A stretch of 52,585 bases of DNA, taken from the NCBI GenBank assembly GCA_038239645.1, contig JBBSEO010000001.1, positions 1 through 52,585 on the forward strand. The letters run 5' to 3'. Source of the DNA: Chthoniobacterales bacterium (GTDB lineage Bacteria; Verrucomicrobiota; Verrucomicrobiia; Chthoniobacterales; UBA10450). The notes beneath the pieces were generated by a model, which did not search any database, was not told the origin of the DNA, and was given only the letters and a program-made list of their open reading frames with translations. This document shows positions 17,225 to 25,815 of this stretch, piece after piece (position 1 is the stretch's first letter; the number at the start of each line of letters is the position of its first letter). A program made the translations under genes and the position numbers.

Positions 17225-17253
17225 ATCGTGAATCGATTTTGCCGATTCACGAT
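17225..17253 (+). promoter_or_regulatory. Perfect 11-bp inverted repeat (ATCGTGAATCG - ATTTTGC - CGATTCACGAT) in the rplT-pheS spacer; function unknown
   Basis: Read directly. There is no U-tract after the stem. A third related copy (CACGAATCACG, 17264-17274) could pair alternatively with the 5' arm. Confidence 0.5.
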
Positions 17254-17281
17254 GTAACGGTTCCACGAATCACGGCCGTTC

Positions 17282-18295
17282 ATGCATCCGCTCGAACAAC
17301 TGCGCGAAGAGGCGCTGACGCAGCTCGCGTCCGCGACCGACGAACGCGCGGCTGATGCCGTGCGCGTGCGCTACCTCGGTCGCAGCGGGCTCGTTTCGGA
17401 ATGGAGCGAGAAGATGAAATCGCTCTCGAACGAGGAGAAACCGGTCGTCGGGAAATTGTTGAACGAAGTCCGGAACGCGATCACGACCACGCTCGCGACA
17501 CGGTTGGAAAATTTCCGGGTCGCCCAGGAATCGTCCGCGGTTTCTGCGATCGACCTCTCCCTCCCGGGCACGCCGCACGAGCGCGGATCGCTCCATCCCC
17601 TCACCCAGATGCTGGCGCGCGCGATCGAGATTTTTCGGCGAATGGGCTTCTCTCTTGCGGAAGGTCCGGACATCGAGACGGAGTGGCATTGCTTCGACGC
17701 GCTCAACACCGCGCCCGACCATCCTGCGCGGAACGAGCAGGATACTTTTTATCTCCCCGATGGCCGCTTGTTGCGCACGCACACCTCGACGGTGCAGATC
17801 CGCGCGATGGAATCGGCCCCGCCGCCGATCCGCGTGATCGCGCCCGGTGCGGCCTATCGGCGCGATGAAGTGGACGCGACGCATAGCGCGCAGTTCCACC
17901 AGATCGAAGGACTTTACGTGGATGAAAATGTGACCGTGGCCGACCTGAAAGGAACGTTGGAATTTTTCCTCCGCGAACTTTTTGGCCCGGAAACCGCGAT
18001 CAGGTTTCGTCCGCATTATTTTCCGTTTACGGAACCGAGCTTGGAAATCGACGTGAAATCGAAGGCGCTGAAGAGCGGAGAAAAATGGATGGAAGTTTGC
18101 GGCTGCGGCATGGTTCATCCGGCCGTCTTCGAGCGCGTGAACGAGGCCCGCCGCGACCAGGCCTACGACCCGGAAAAATGGAGCGGGTTCGCTTTCGGCC
18201 TCGGGATGGATCGGCTGGCGATGCAGCTCTTCGACATTCCCGATATCCGGCTTTTCGCGCAGAACGACCTGCGCTTTCTCCGCCAGTTCGCATGA
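17282..18295 (+). CDS. pheS: Phenylalanine--tRNA ligase alpha subunit
   Basis: 337 aa with class II aaRS motifs, including HPLTQ, FYLPDGRLLRTHTS, YRRDEVDATHSAQFHQIEG and GCGMVHP..., and GFAFGLGMDRLAM. Confidence 0.97.
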   Translation: MHPLEQLREEALTQLASATDERAADAVRVRYLGRSGLVSEWSEKMKSLSNEEKPVVGKLLNEVRNAITTTLATRLENFRVAQESSAVSAIDLSLPGTPHERGSLHPLTQMLARAIEIFRRMGFSLAEGPDIETEWHCFDALNTAPDHPARNEQDTFYLPDGRLLRTHTSTVQIRAMESAPPPIRVIAPGAAYRRDEVDATHSAQFHQIEGLYVDENVTVADLKGTLEFFLRELFGPETAIRFRPHYFPFTEPSLEIDVKSKALKSGEKWMEVCGCGMVHPAVFERVNEARRDQAYDPEKWSGFAFGLGMDRLAMQLFDIPDIRLFAQNDLRFLRQFA

Positions 18296-20601
18296 AATTT
18301 TCCGGGAATTGGCTGCGGGAATTTGTCGAGTTGCCGCCGACGGTGGAGGAACTGGCCGACTTGCTCACGATGGCCGGGGTCGAGATTAAGGGCATCGAAA
18401 AGAAAGGCGCGGATTTCGCCCATGTCGTCGTCGTCCAAATCGATGATTCCAAACCGCACCCGAATGCCGATCGGCTCAGCGTCTGCCAGGTCAATGACGG
18501 TAGCGGAAGTGCGCGCCAGATCGTGTGCGGGGCGAAGAATTACCAGGTCGGCGACAAGGTTCCGCTCGCGCTCCCCGGCGCGGAATTGCCGGGCGGTCTG
18601 AAAATCAAAGCGAGCAAGCTGCGCGGGGTGGAAAGCGCCGGCATGCTTTGCAGCGCGAAAGAACTCGCCCTCGCCGACGACGCGGCGGGCCTTTTGATCC
18701 TCCCGCGCGACGCAAAAATCGGCGCACCGATTAGCGAAGTCTTTCCGAGCGATGCCATTCTCGACGTCGAAATCACGCCGAATCGCGGTGATCTCCTTTC
18801 GCATTTTGGACTCGCGCGCGAAATCGCTGCGCTCACCGGTCGGAAATTGCAGCGCGAATTTTCCGAAACGCGAGACGGCTCGGAGAAGAAAAACTCGCTC
18901 CAGGTCACCGCCTTGCGCGAGGCGCCATTTTACACACTGCAAAAAATCGAGAACCTGAAGGTCGCGCCCAGCCCGGCGTGGCTGCGGGCGAAACTCGAGA
19001 GCGTCGGTCTACGATCGATCAATAACGTCGTCGATATTTCGAATTTTGTGATGCTGGAGCTCGGCCAGCCTACGCACGCCTTCGATGCGGCAAAGATCGA
19101 AGGCTCGGTGCAGGTGCGACTGGCGCGCGACGGCGAACAGTTACTCGCACTCGATGGCAAAACTTATTCGCTCCGGCCGCACCACCTCGTCATCGCCGGC
19201 GATGCGCGCCCGGTCGGCTTGGCCGGAGTGATGGGCGGCGAAGATTCCGGCGTGACCGAGACAACGACGATCGTGCTCCTGGAAAGTGCCTGCTTTTTGC
19301 CTTCGAGTATTCGGCGAACGGCGCGAGAGTTGAATTTGCCGAGCGACGCTAGCTACCGTTTTGAGCGCGGGATTGATCCTCGCCTTATCGTGCGCGCCTC
19401 CCAGCGTGTCGTCGAGTTGCTGCAGGAAATCGCCGGCGGCACGGCGACCGAGCCTTTGCTGAGCGCGGGTGACATCCCTCCGGATCCCGCGCCAGTGACC
19501 TTGCGGCCGGAACGAATTAAGCAGGTCCTCGGGATCGAGGTTCCACCGGAGAAAGCAAATTCAATCCTGACGAGTTTTGGGCTCCAGCAAAACGGCGCGT
19601 GGAAGATTCCCAGTTACCGGCGCGACCTCCAACGCGAGGTGGATTTGATTGAGGAAATTGTCCGCGGATTTGGACTCGAAAACATTCCGAGCGCGGATCG
19701 CAGCCGCTTCACGCCGCTCAGTGCCGCCGATCGCGCCTACGACGCCGAAATGAAAATTCGCGGCCAACTTATTGCGCTGGGCCTGAGTGAAGCGCGCACT
19801 TCGTCGCTAATCGCGCGGAGCGAACTGGCGCGCGTCACCGGCGCTGTCGCGCTCCGTAATCCGCTGAGCGAAGATCACGTCGCCCTGCGCACGAGTCTCG
19901 TTTCGGGATTGATCGCGTCTGCGGCGCGGAACCTCCGCGGCGGCGTGGAGCGAGTGGGCCTTTTTGAACTCGGAAATGTTTTTGCACCGGCCACGGGCGA
20001 GCAGCGGCGTTTGTTGTCGATGCTCCTGACTGGAAAAACTCAGAGCGCGGCCCAGTGGCGCGAACAGAAGAAGCGTGCGCTCGATTTTTTCGATCTGAAA
20101 GGCGCGCTCGCGACGATCGGAACGTTCGCTTATCGCCGGCGCGAGCGGGAAGGATACGCCTTCGCGGCCGATCTTTTCCTCGGGAAAATGCCGGCGGGCT
20201 TTGCCGGGCAGCGGAACAAGTCCGGCGTTCCGGAAAGCAGCGATCCTGTGCTCGTCGCCGAGGTGGATCTCGCCGCCGTTGCGGCGAAGCCGTCTCGCGG
20301 CTTTTCCGAGATCGATCGCTTCCCAGCAGTGACGCGCGACATTGCGATGTTTGTGCCCGTGGAAATTACGCATGAGAAAATCGTCGGCGCGATGATGGCG
20401 ACGAAAGAACCGCTCCTGGAGCGCGTGGAATTGTTTGATCTTTTCGCCGAGAAAACGGCGGAGTTGGCAAGAAAGTCGCTCGCCTATTCGTTGACATATC
20501 GCGACCGGAACCGGACATTGACGGGCGACGAAGTAAACGCGGCGCACGCTCGCATCCGGGAGCGGCTGCGAACTGAAGTCGGCGCGGAATTGCGCGAATA
20601 G
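18292..20601 (+). CDS. pheT: Phenylalanine--tRNA ligase beta subunit
   Basis: The true start is the ATG at 18292 (MKFSGNWLREFVELPP...), which overlaps the pheS TGA (ATGA). The track ORF start at 18085 is an upstream extension inside pheS. The protein has a tRNA-binding N-domain plus B3/4, B5 and FDX-ACB-like regions. Confidence 0.95.
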   Translation: MKFSGNWLREFVELPPTVEELADLLTMAGVEIKGIEKKGADFAHVVVVQIDDSKPHPNADRLSVCQVNDGSGSARQIVCGAKNYQVGDKVPLALPGAELPGGLKIKASKLRGVESAGMLCSAKELALADDAAGLLILPRDAKIGAPISEVFPSDAILDVEITPNRGDLLSHFGLAREIAALTGRKLQREFSETRDGSEKKNSLQVTALREAPFYTLQKIENLKVAPSPAWLRAKLESVGLRSINNVVDISNFVMLELGQPTHAFDAAKIEGSVQVRLARDGEQLLALDGKTYSLRPHHLVIAGDARPVGLAGVMGGEDSGVTETTTIVLLESACFLPSSIRRTARELNLPSDASYRFERGIDPRLIVRASQRVVELLQEIAGGTATEPLLSAGDIPPDPAPVTLRPERIKQVLGIEVPPEKANSILTSFGLQQNGAWKIPSYRRDLQREVDLIEEIVRGFGLENIPSADRSRFTPLSAADRAYDAEMKIRGQLIALGLSEARTSSLIARSELARVTGAVALRNPLSEDHVALRTSLVSGLIASAARNLRGGVERVGLFELGNVFAPATGEQRRLLSMLLTGKTQSAAQWREQKKRALDFFDLKGALATIGTFAYRRREREGYAFAADLFLGKMPAGFAGQRNKSGVPESSDPVLVAEVDLAAVAAKPSRGFSEIDRFPAVTRDIAMFVPVEITHEKIVGAMMATKEPLLERVELFDLFAEKTAELARKSLAYSLTYRDRNRTLTGDEVNAAHARIRERLRTEVGAELRE

Positions 20602-20799
20602 CTCTTTCTCAACTTTACCCTGCGATGTTCGAGATACAGGCAGGAATCCCGAACCGATATGATTGACTAAGGAGACTTGGTTGCGTCGCAGATGACATGC
20701 CTTAATTGGAAGTCCGATGCGTGCGTGACGGTTGTCCGCCCGTTACCGAAAGGGAACGGGAGTTCCGCCTAAACGGCACCTGCGGGGTAATAATTTAAA

Positions 20800-20833
20800 G
20801 GCCCGGAGCGCGCGAGCGGTCCGGGCCTTTTTT
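20800..20833. terminator. Rho-independent terminator between convergent genes (pheT and the lipoprotein gene), probably bidirectional
   Basis: GGCCCGGA...TCCGGGCC forms an 8-bp GC-rich stem followed by TTTTTT on the plus strand. The minus-strand reading is followed by TTTAAATTATTA. Confidence 0.8.
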
Positions 20834-20855
20834 CTAATTTCGGTTCGCCGGTTCG

Positions 20856-21293
20856 CTAATGCGTCTCCGGCAGGAGCGGACCCCAACCGTCATATTCGCG
20901 AATCACCACCGGATTCGTTCCGGCGGTGATTTCCACCGACGAGACGTCCTGGTCGGGCGCCGTTCCGCGCAAGGCTGCGCGTTTGTCGCGCATCAATTGT
21001 TTGAAGGCGAGATACTGGCTCTTGTTGCCGACGTAGAACTGATTCGTCGTCGCCGTCGGATAAACATAATAGGTGCGGCTGTGAAACCTCACTTCCGACA
21101 CCCGGTTCGCTGGCAGACTGGCGAGACGCTTCTGCTGGTTCGGCGCCGTCGCCATCTTCATTTGGAAACCAGCCTCGGTCAGCAGCTGCTCTCTTGGGCT
21201 CGTCGTCGTGGTCGACACTGTCGTGTTCGTCGCGCAGGCCGCGATCAACGTCGCGACGCTACCGGCGAGCAAAACTTTCATCAGATTTTTCAT
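20856..21293 (-). CDS. Small hypothetical lipoprotein
   Basis: The ORF runs 20856..21362. The preferred start is the ATG at 21293 (MKNLMKVLLAGSVATLIAACATN, lipobox LIAAC), preceded by AGGAGA with a 7-nt spacer. I do not recognise a family. Confidence 0.65.
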   Translation of the reverse strand: MKNLMKVLLAGSVATLIAACATNTTVSTTTTSPREQLLTEAGFQMKMATAPNQQKRLASLPANRVSEVRFHSRTYYVYPTATTNQFYVGNKSQYLAFKQLMRDKRAALRGTAPDQDVSSVEITAGTNPVVIREYDGWGPLLPETH

Positions 21294-21434
21294 CAGTTTT
21301 TCTCCTGAGGTTAATTGTTGTTTCGCTGAATGATTGTTCCGGTTTGACAGCGAAAAGGTCAAGCCTCTTCCCGTGGCAAATTTCGCGGCCTGCGCAGTTG
21401 AATTTCAGCCCCGACCGAGCAAACTGCCCGCCGG

Positions 21435-22577
21435 ATGCGCGCGCTTCTCGCCTTGGAGGATGGTCGAATCTTTGAAGGCGAATCATTTGGCGCCGCCGGG
21501 ACGCGCATCGGCGAGATTTGCTTCAACACCTCGATGACCGGCTACCAGGAAGTCCTGACCGACCCCTCGTATCGTGGCCAGATCGTGACGATGACCTACC
21601 CGCTGATCGGCAACTACGGGACAAACGACGCCGATCTGGAAAGCACACAACCGCACGTGCGCGGGTTTGTGATCGAAGAGTTGAGCGAAGCGCCGAGCAA
21701 TTGGCGTAACCAGGAGTCGCTCGCCGATTTCCTGCGCCGCTGGGATATTCCGGGAATTCAGGGCATCGACACGCGTACACTCACCCGGCACTTGCGGACG
21801 CGTGGCGCGATGAAGGCCTGCCTCACCACGGAATCGCTCACGGCCGAAGAGGCGGTGCGACGCGCACGCGAAGGCGAGGGCGTGGTTGGGATGGATTACG
21901 TGCGTGAGGTGACGGCGCCGAAAATTTATGACTGGGATCCCGAGGGCGAACTGAGCCGTGAATGGTCGACCTCGGCGGGTGAGCCATCTTCGCCCATGCC
22001 GCCGATTCGATATCGCATCGTTGCCTTCGATTACGGGATGAAGCGGAATATTCTGCGCTCACTCCGCCGGCGCGGATTCGGCGTCACCGTTCTGCCCGCG
22101 ACCACCACCGCCGACGAAGTCCTGAAATTAAATCCAGATGGCGTTTTCCTTTCGAACGGGCCGGGCGATCCGGAAGCGTTGCCCTATGCGCATGAAGCAG
22201 TCAGCAATTTGATCGGACGGAAACCAATTTTCGGCATTTGTCTCGGTCACCAAATCCTCGGCTTTGCCTTCGGGGGGCGCACCTTCAAACTGAAATTCGG
22301 ACATCGCGGCGGCAATCAACCGGTGAAGGATCTGCGTTCGGGCAGAGTGGCGATCACTTCGCAGAACCATGGTTTCGCGGTCGACGCCGAATCGCTGCCG
22401 AAAGAGGTGGAAGTGACGCACGTCAATCTGAACGACGGCACCGTCGAAGGCATGCGTCACCGGGAGCTGCCAATCTTCAGCGTGCAATATCATCCCGAGG
22501 CCGCGCCCGGCCCGCACGATGCGAGCTATTTTTTCGAACAATTCGAGCAGTTGATCGCGGGTACACGCGGGAATTGA
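21435..22577 (+). CDS. carA: Carbamoyl-phosphate synthase small (glutamine amidotransferase) subunit
   Basis: 380 aa: LALEDGRIFEGESFGA...FNTSMTGYQEVLTDPSY; GATase triad region FGICLGHQ ... HGFAV ... QYHPEA. No carB follows. Confidence 0.95.
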   Translation: MRALLALEDGRIFEGESFGAAGTRIGEICFNTSMTGYQEVLTDPSYRGQIVTMTYPLIGNYGTNDADLESTQPHVRGFVIEELSEAPSNWRNQESLADFLRRWDIPGIQGIDTRTLTRHLRTRGAMKACLTTESLTAEEAVRRAREGEGVVGMDYVREVTAPKIYDWDPEGELSREWSTSAGEPSSPMPPIRYRIVAFDYGMKRNILRSLRRRGFGVTVLPATTTADEVLKLNPDGVFLSNGPGDPEALPYAHEAVSNLIGRKPIFGICLGHQILGFAFGGRTFKLKFGHRGGNQPVKDLRSGRVAITSQNHGFAVDAESLPKEVEVTHVNLNDGTVEGMRHRELPIFSVQYHPEAAPGPHDASYFFEQFEQLIAGTRGN

Positions 22578-22607
22578 CGCCGCGACGCTGGGGTCGAGAT
22601 TAGGCTC

Positions 22608-23009
22608 ATGTTTAACTCCTCGATTCCAAAGTCGCTAAAAATTGCGGTCGCCGTCGGTTTCATTGGCGCGATTGCATCCACGCCGCTGGCGCTCGCGGCG
22701 GAACAGGGAAAAGATAATCTCGATGCTGCCGCCTCCAAGGAAGTGACGGGCGAGATCGTCGACATGATGTGCTACGTCGATCACGACGCCATGGGCGACA
22801 AGCACGCGGCTTGCGCGGCCAAGTGCATCAAGGGCAACGGTCCGGTTGGGATTGTTTCCGATGGAAAAGCGTATCTCGTCGTCGGCCAGCATAAGCCGAT
22901 GAACGATCAGCTCGCTGAGTACGCCGGCAAGACGGTCACGCTCAAAGGCAAAATGGCGGAGCGCGGCGGTGTCGCGATGCTCGAGAATGCCGAGATCGTA
23001 AAGAAGTAA
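22608..23009 (+). CDS. Small secreted hypothetical protein with three cysteines
   Basis: 133 aa with a signal peptide (...STPLALAAEQ). The mature part contains MMCYVDHDAMGDKHAACAAKCIKG. A strong terminator follows the gene. Confidence 0.65.
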   Translation: MFNSSIPKSLKIAVAVGFIGAIASTPLALAAEQGKDNLDAAASKEVTGEIVDMMCYVDHDAMGDKHAACAAKCIKGNGPVGIVSDGKAYLVVGQHKPMNDQLAEYAGKTVTLKGKMAERGGVAMLENAEIVKK

Positions 23010-23026
23010 TTTTCCGTCGTTATTTT

Positions 23027-23062
23027 GCGGCGCGCTTTATCATGGAGCGCGCCGCTTTTTTT
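23027..23062 (+). terminator. Rho-independent terminator of the 22608-23009 gene, embedded in the 3' end of the convergent GT2 gene
   Basis: GCGGCGCGCT - TTATCATGG - AGCGCGCCGC forms a 10-bp stem followed by TTTTTTT. The loop and 3' arm also encode the last residues (KKRRAP*) of the minus-strand gene that ends at 23040. Confidence 0.85.
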
Positions 23063-23774
23063 CGCGCGTGCGCAGCGACACGACTTCGCTGAGCATGTTC
23101 ACGCTGTCCTGCAGGAAATTGACCTTGCTCCCCTCCTCATGGTTCCAGCGCACTGGGACCTCGCGCATCCACAGGCCGGCGCGTTGCGCCAGGAAGAGCA
23201 GCTCAACATCAAAGCCGAACCCGTCCACCCTCGCCGCCTGCAGGATCGGGCGGCAGGCCTCCAGGCGAAAAGCCTTAAAGCCGCATTGGGTATCCCAGTA
23301 GGGCAGTCCGGTCGAAAAGCGGACGAGAAGATTGTAAACGCGCCCCGCCTGTTCGCGGCGAAACGGCTGACGGCGACCGATCAGTCGACGATCGAGCGCG
23401 CGCGAACCGAAAGCCAGATCGACTTCATTCCGTTCGACCGGTTCGACAATTTTCGGCAACTCTTCGATCGGCGTCGAAAGATCGGCGTCAAAGAAAACGC
23501 CGACCGGCTTCGTCGCGGCGAGCAATCCGGCGCGGACGGCGGCGCCTTTCCCGCGGTTTGATTCCTGGCGCAGGATCCGCGTCGTTAGGGACGAATGCTG
23601 CGCAAACTCACGCCGCGCTATTTCGGTCGTGGCATCGGTCGAACCGTCGTCGGCCACGATGATCTCGCTCTGCGGCGAATTTTTTTCGAGGTAGGCAAAC
23701 GTCGCCGCGAGCGTTGATCCGATCCGCTTTCCTTCGTTAAAGGCGGGGATGACGACGGAAATCGCGGGCAACAT
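23040..23774 (-). CDS. Family 2 glycosyltransferase (polyprenol-phosphate / dolichyl-phosphate glycosyltransferase-like)
   Basis: 244 aa: ISVVIPAFNEGKRIGSTL..., IIVADDGSTDAT, FFDADLS (DxD) and a GFK/FGFDVELL region typical of DPM1/GtrB-like GT2 enzymes. Confidence 0.9.
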   Translation of the reverse strand: MLPAISVVIPAFNEGKRIGSTLAATFAYLEKNSPQSEIIVADDGSTDATTEIARREFAQHSSLTTRILRQESNRGKGAAVRAGLLAATKPVGVFFDADLSTPIEELPKIVEPVERNEVDLAFGSRALDRRLIGRRQPFRREQAGRVYNLLVRFSTGLPYWDTQCGFKAFRLEACRPILQAARVDGFGFDVELLFLAQRAGLWMREVPVRWNHEEGSKVNFLQDSVNMLSEVVSLRTREKKRRAP

Positions 23775-23821
23775 GGGAAAAAATCCGCAGCGGGCGGCGA
23801 CGGCAAGGCAGCGAATCAGAT

Positions 23822-24859
23822 TCAGGGTTCGCTGTAAATGGCGGTGAGTAGTTTTCCGTCCGGCGCGAGATAGCCGCGATACATTCCGCTGGTATTAAAG
23901 GGCATCGCGATGCTCCCATCACGGCCAACCGCCACGAGGCCGCCGTCGCCTCCGAGCTGTTTTGCTTTTTCCAGCGCCTGCGCGCTCGCTTCCGCCAAGG
24001 TCAGGCCGCCGAGTTCCATCAGCGCCGAAACTTCATGCGCTACCGCCGCCCGGATGAAGAATTCGCCGTCGCCAGTGCAGGAGACAGCGCAAGTCTTGTT
24101 ATCCGCGTAGGTGCCGGCGCCGATGATCGGGCTGTCCCCCACCCGACCGGGCAACTTATTCGTGTTGCCGCCGGTGGAAGTCGCGGCCGCGAGATTGCCA
24201 TTCTGATCCAGGGCCGCGCAACCGACGGTCCCGTGGCGATCGGAGTCGGAGACGACGGACTTTTTACCTGCGGCACCGCTTTCCTTTTCTTTCGCTTTCA
24301 GCTTTTGCAGCGCGTCCCACCGTTGCGGAGTGAAAAAATATTTCGCATCGACCATCTCAAAACCGTTTGCTCGAGCGAACGCCTCTGCGCCCGCGCCCAT
24401 GAGCAGAACGTGCTTCGATTTATCCATCACGGCCCGCGCCAGAAGAATTGGATTACGGACGTGTTGCACCCCGGCGACCGCGCCGGCGGCGAGCGTTCGC
24501 CCGTCCATGAGCGAGGCGTCGAGCTCATTCGTTCCCGCACTCGTAAAGACGGCGCCTTTGCCGGCATTGAAATTGGGATCGTCTTCGAAGACGCGCACCG
24601 CGGCCTGGACCGCATCGAGCGCCGCGCCGCCGCGCTCCAAAATTTCCTGGCCCGCGCGCAAGGCGTTCTCAATCCCACCCCGAATTGCCTTTTCGCGCTC
24701 CGGCGTCATCTCCGCGCGATTCATTGTTCCCGCACCACCATGCACGACCAAGGCAAACCGATTTTTGTTCATCGTAGGTATGGGAGTCTGCGCGGAGGCA
24801 GCGACAAACGCAAAAAGGATGGAGCTGACGAGCAAAGGAATGAGTGACCGCGCGCGCAT
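23822..24859 (-). CDS. Periplasmic isoaspartyl peptidase / plant-type L-asparaginase (Ntn hydrolase)
   Basis: Autoprocessing site HGTVGCAALD, GGNTNKLPGRVGDSPIIGAG, and a signal peptide from MRARSLIPLLVSSILFAFVAASAQ. The ORF extends to 24922; the ATG at 24859 is preferred because it begins the signal peptide. Confidence 0.9.
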   Translation of the reverse strand: MRARSLIPLLVSSILFAFVAASAQTPIPTMNKNRFALVVHGGAGTMNRAEMTPEREKAIRGGIENALRAGQEILERGGAALDAVQAAVRVFEDDPNFNAGKGAVFTSAGTNELDASLMDGRTLAAGAVAGVQHVRNPILLARAVMDKSKHVLLMGAGAEAFARANGFEMVDAKYFFTPQRWDALQKLKAKEKESGAAGKKSVVSDSDRHGTVGCAALDQNGNLAAATSTGGNTNKLPGRVGDSPIIGAGTYADNKTCAVSCTGDGEFFIRAAVAHEVSALMELGGLTLAEASAQALEKAKQLGGDGGLVAVGRDGSIAMPFNTSGMYRGYLAPDGKLLTAIYSEP

Positions 24860-24966
24860 GGAACCAAAATAGCAACGCTTGCCGATGTTGTAGAATATTC
24901 CGTCGTCAGCCGCTCTCCGCATTTTCCTTTTGCCCGGAAGCGAACTAAGGCAATTTCGCCCCTGCC

Positions 24967-25815
24967 ATGCCCGCCGACCAATCCGAGACCGCCGCTTCGC
25001 CCTTGCCGGCTAATCCGGTCGTCGTCGTGCAAGGAGTTGGCCACCTTAGTCGCGAGGTGCTGCGCGAAATCGGCGGCGTCTTCTGGTTCATCGTCCAAAC
25101 CGCCACCGAGACCTGGGATAATATTCGGCGAGGGCGCGCACCATTTCGCTCGGCCAGTTTTTTCCGCTACACCGAGCGCGCGGGGGTCGGGTCGATTCCG
25201 CTGGTCGGCCTGGTTTCCTTCTTTCTCGGTTTAACGATGGCGTTGCTCACGGGCTATCAACTCGCGCGCTTCGGGACGGAACGCCTGGTCCCCGGCCTCG
25301 TCTCGGTTGCCTTCACTCGCGAACTCGGTCCGCTGCTAACGGGCATTATGCTTGCCGCGCGCATCGGCGCTTCCTTCACCGCTGAACTCGGAACGATGCA
25401 GGTTTCAGAAGAAGTAGAAGCGATCGAAGCGATGGGAATCGGCCCGAACCGATTTCTGGTCGCGCCGCGGATGGTCGCGCTCTTCGCGTTGATGCCCTGT
25501 CTCTCTACCATCTCAAGCATCGCCGCCATCCTCGCGACCAGCTTTATCTCGCGTGTCTACTTCCATATCGCGCTCGTCTATTTTATCGATCTGGTGAAGG
25601 ACTCGCTCCTGATCCGCGACATCATCACCGGAGTTTTGAAAAGCTTGATGTTCGGACTACTGATCGGCGCCATCGCCTGTTACCGCGGACTGTCGGTCAA
25701 GGGTGGAGCGGCCGGAGTAGGCACGGCCACCACTTCCAGCGTCGTCACCGCCATCACTACCGTCATTGGTTTCGATACTCTATTTAATATCGTTTATATC
25801 GTGTTCTTCCCATGA
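24967..25815 (+). CDS. mlaE: MlaE-family ABC transporter permease
   Basis: 282 aa: GVGSIPLVGLVSFFLGLTMAL..., TRELGPLLTGIMLAARIGASFTAELGTMQVSEEVEA, a MlaE/YrbE signature. Confidence 0.9.
   Translation: MPADQSETAASPLPANPVVVVQGVGHLSREVLREIGGVFWFIVQTATETWDNIRRGRAPFRSASFFRYTERAGVGSIPLVGLVSFFLGLTMALLTGYQLARFGTERLVPGLVSVAFTRELGPLLTGIMLAARIGASFTAELGTMQVSEEVEAIEAMGIGPNRFLVAPRMVALFALMPCLSTISSIAAILATSFISRVYFHIALVYFIDLVKDSLLIRDIITGVLKSLMFGLLIGAIACYRGLSVKGGAAGVGTATTSSVVTAITTVIGFDTLFNIVYIVFFP

Noticed and set aside
18085-18291. A 69-codon N-terminal extension of pheT suggested by the ORF track (start at 18085).
   Set aside because: The extension lies inside pheS in another frame and is Arg/Gly/Pro-rich. 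The canonical PheT N-terminus MKFSGNWL starts at the ATG at 18292, which overlaps the pheS stop.
20602-20799. tRNA, SRP RNA, RNase P RNA, tmRNA or a c-di-GMP-I riboswitch in the pheT downstream spacer.
   Set aside because: There is no cloverleaf or GTTCRANNC T-loop on either strand, and no SRP domain-IV motifs (AGCA/GGAA context). GGAAGTCCG is only a partial match to the RNase P GAGGAAAGUCCGGGC motif, and the space is too short. The GAAA hairpin and CCUAAA resemble GEMM-I elements, but the conserved ACGCAAAGC core is missing and there is no downstream gene to regulate. It is kept only as an unassigned structured spacer.
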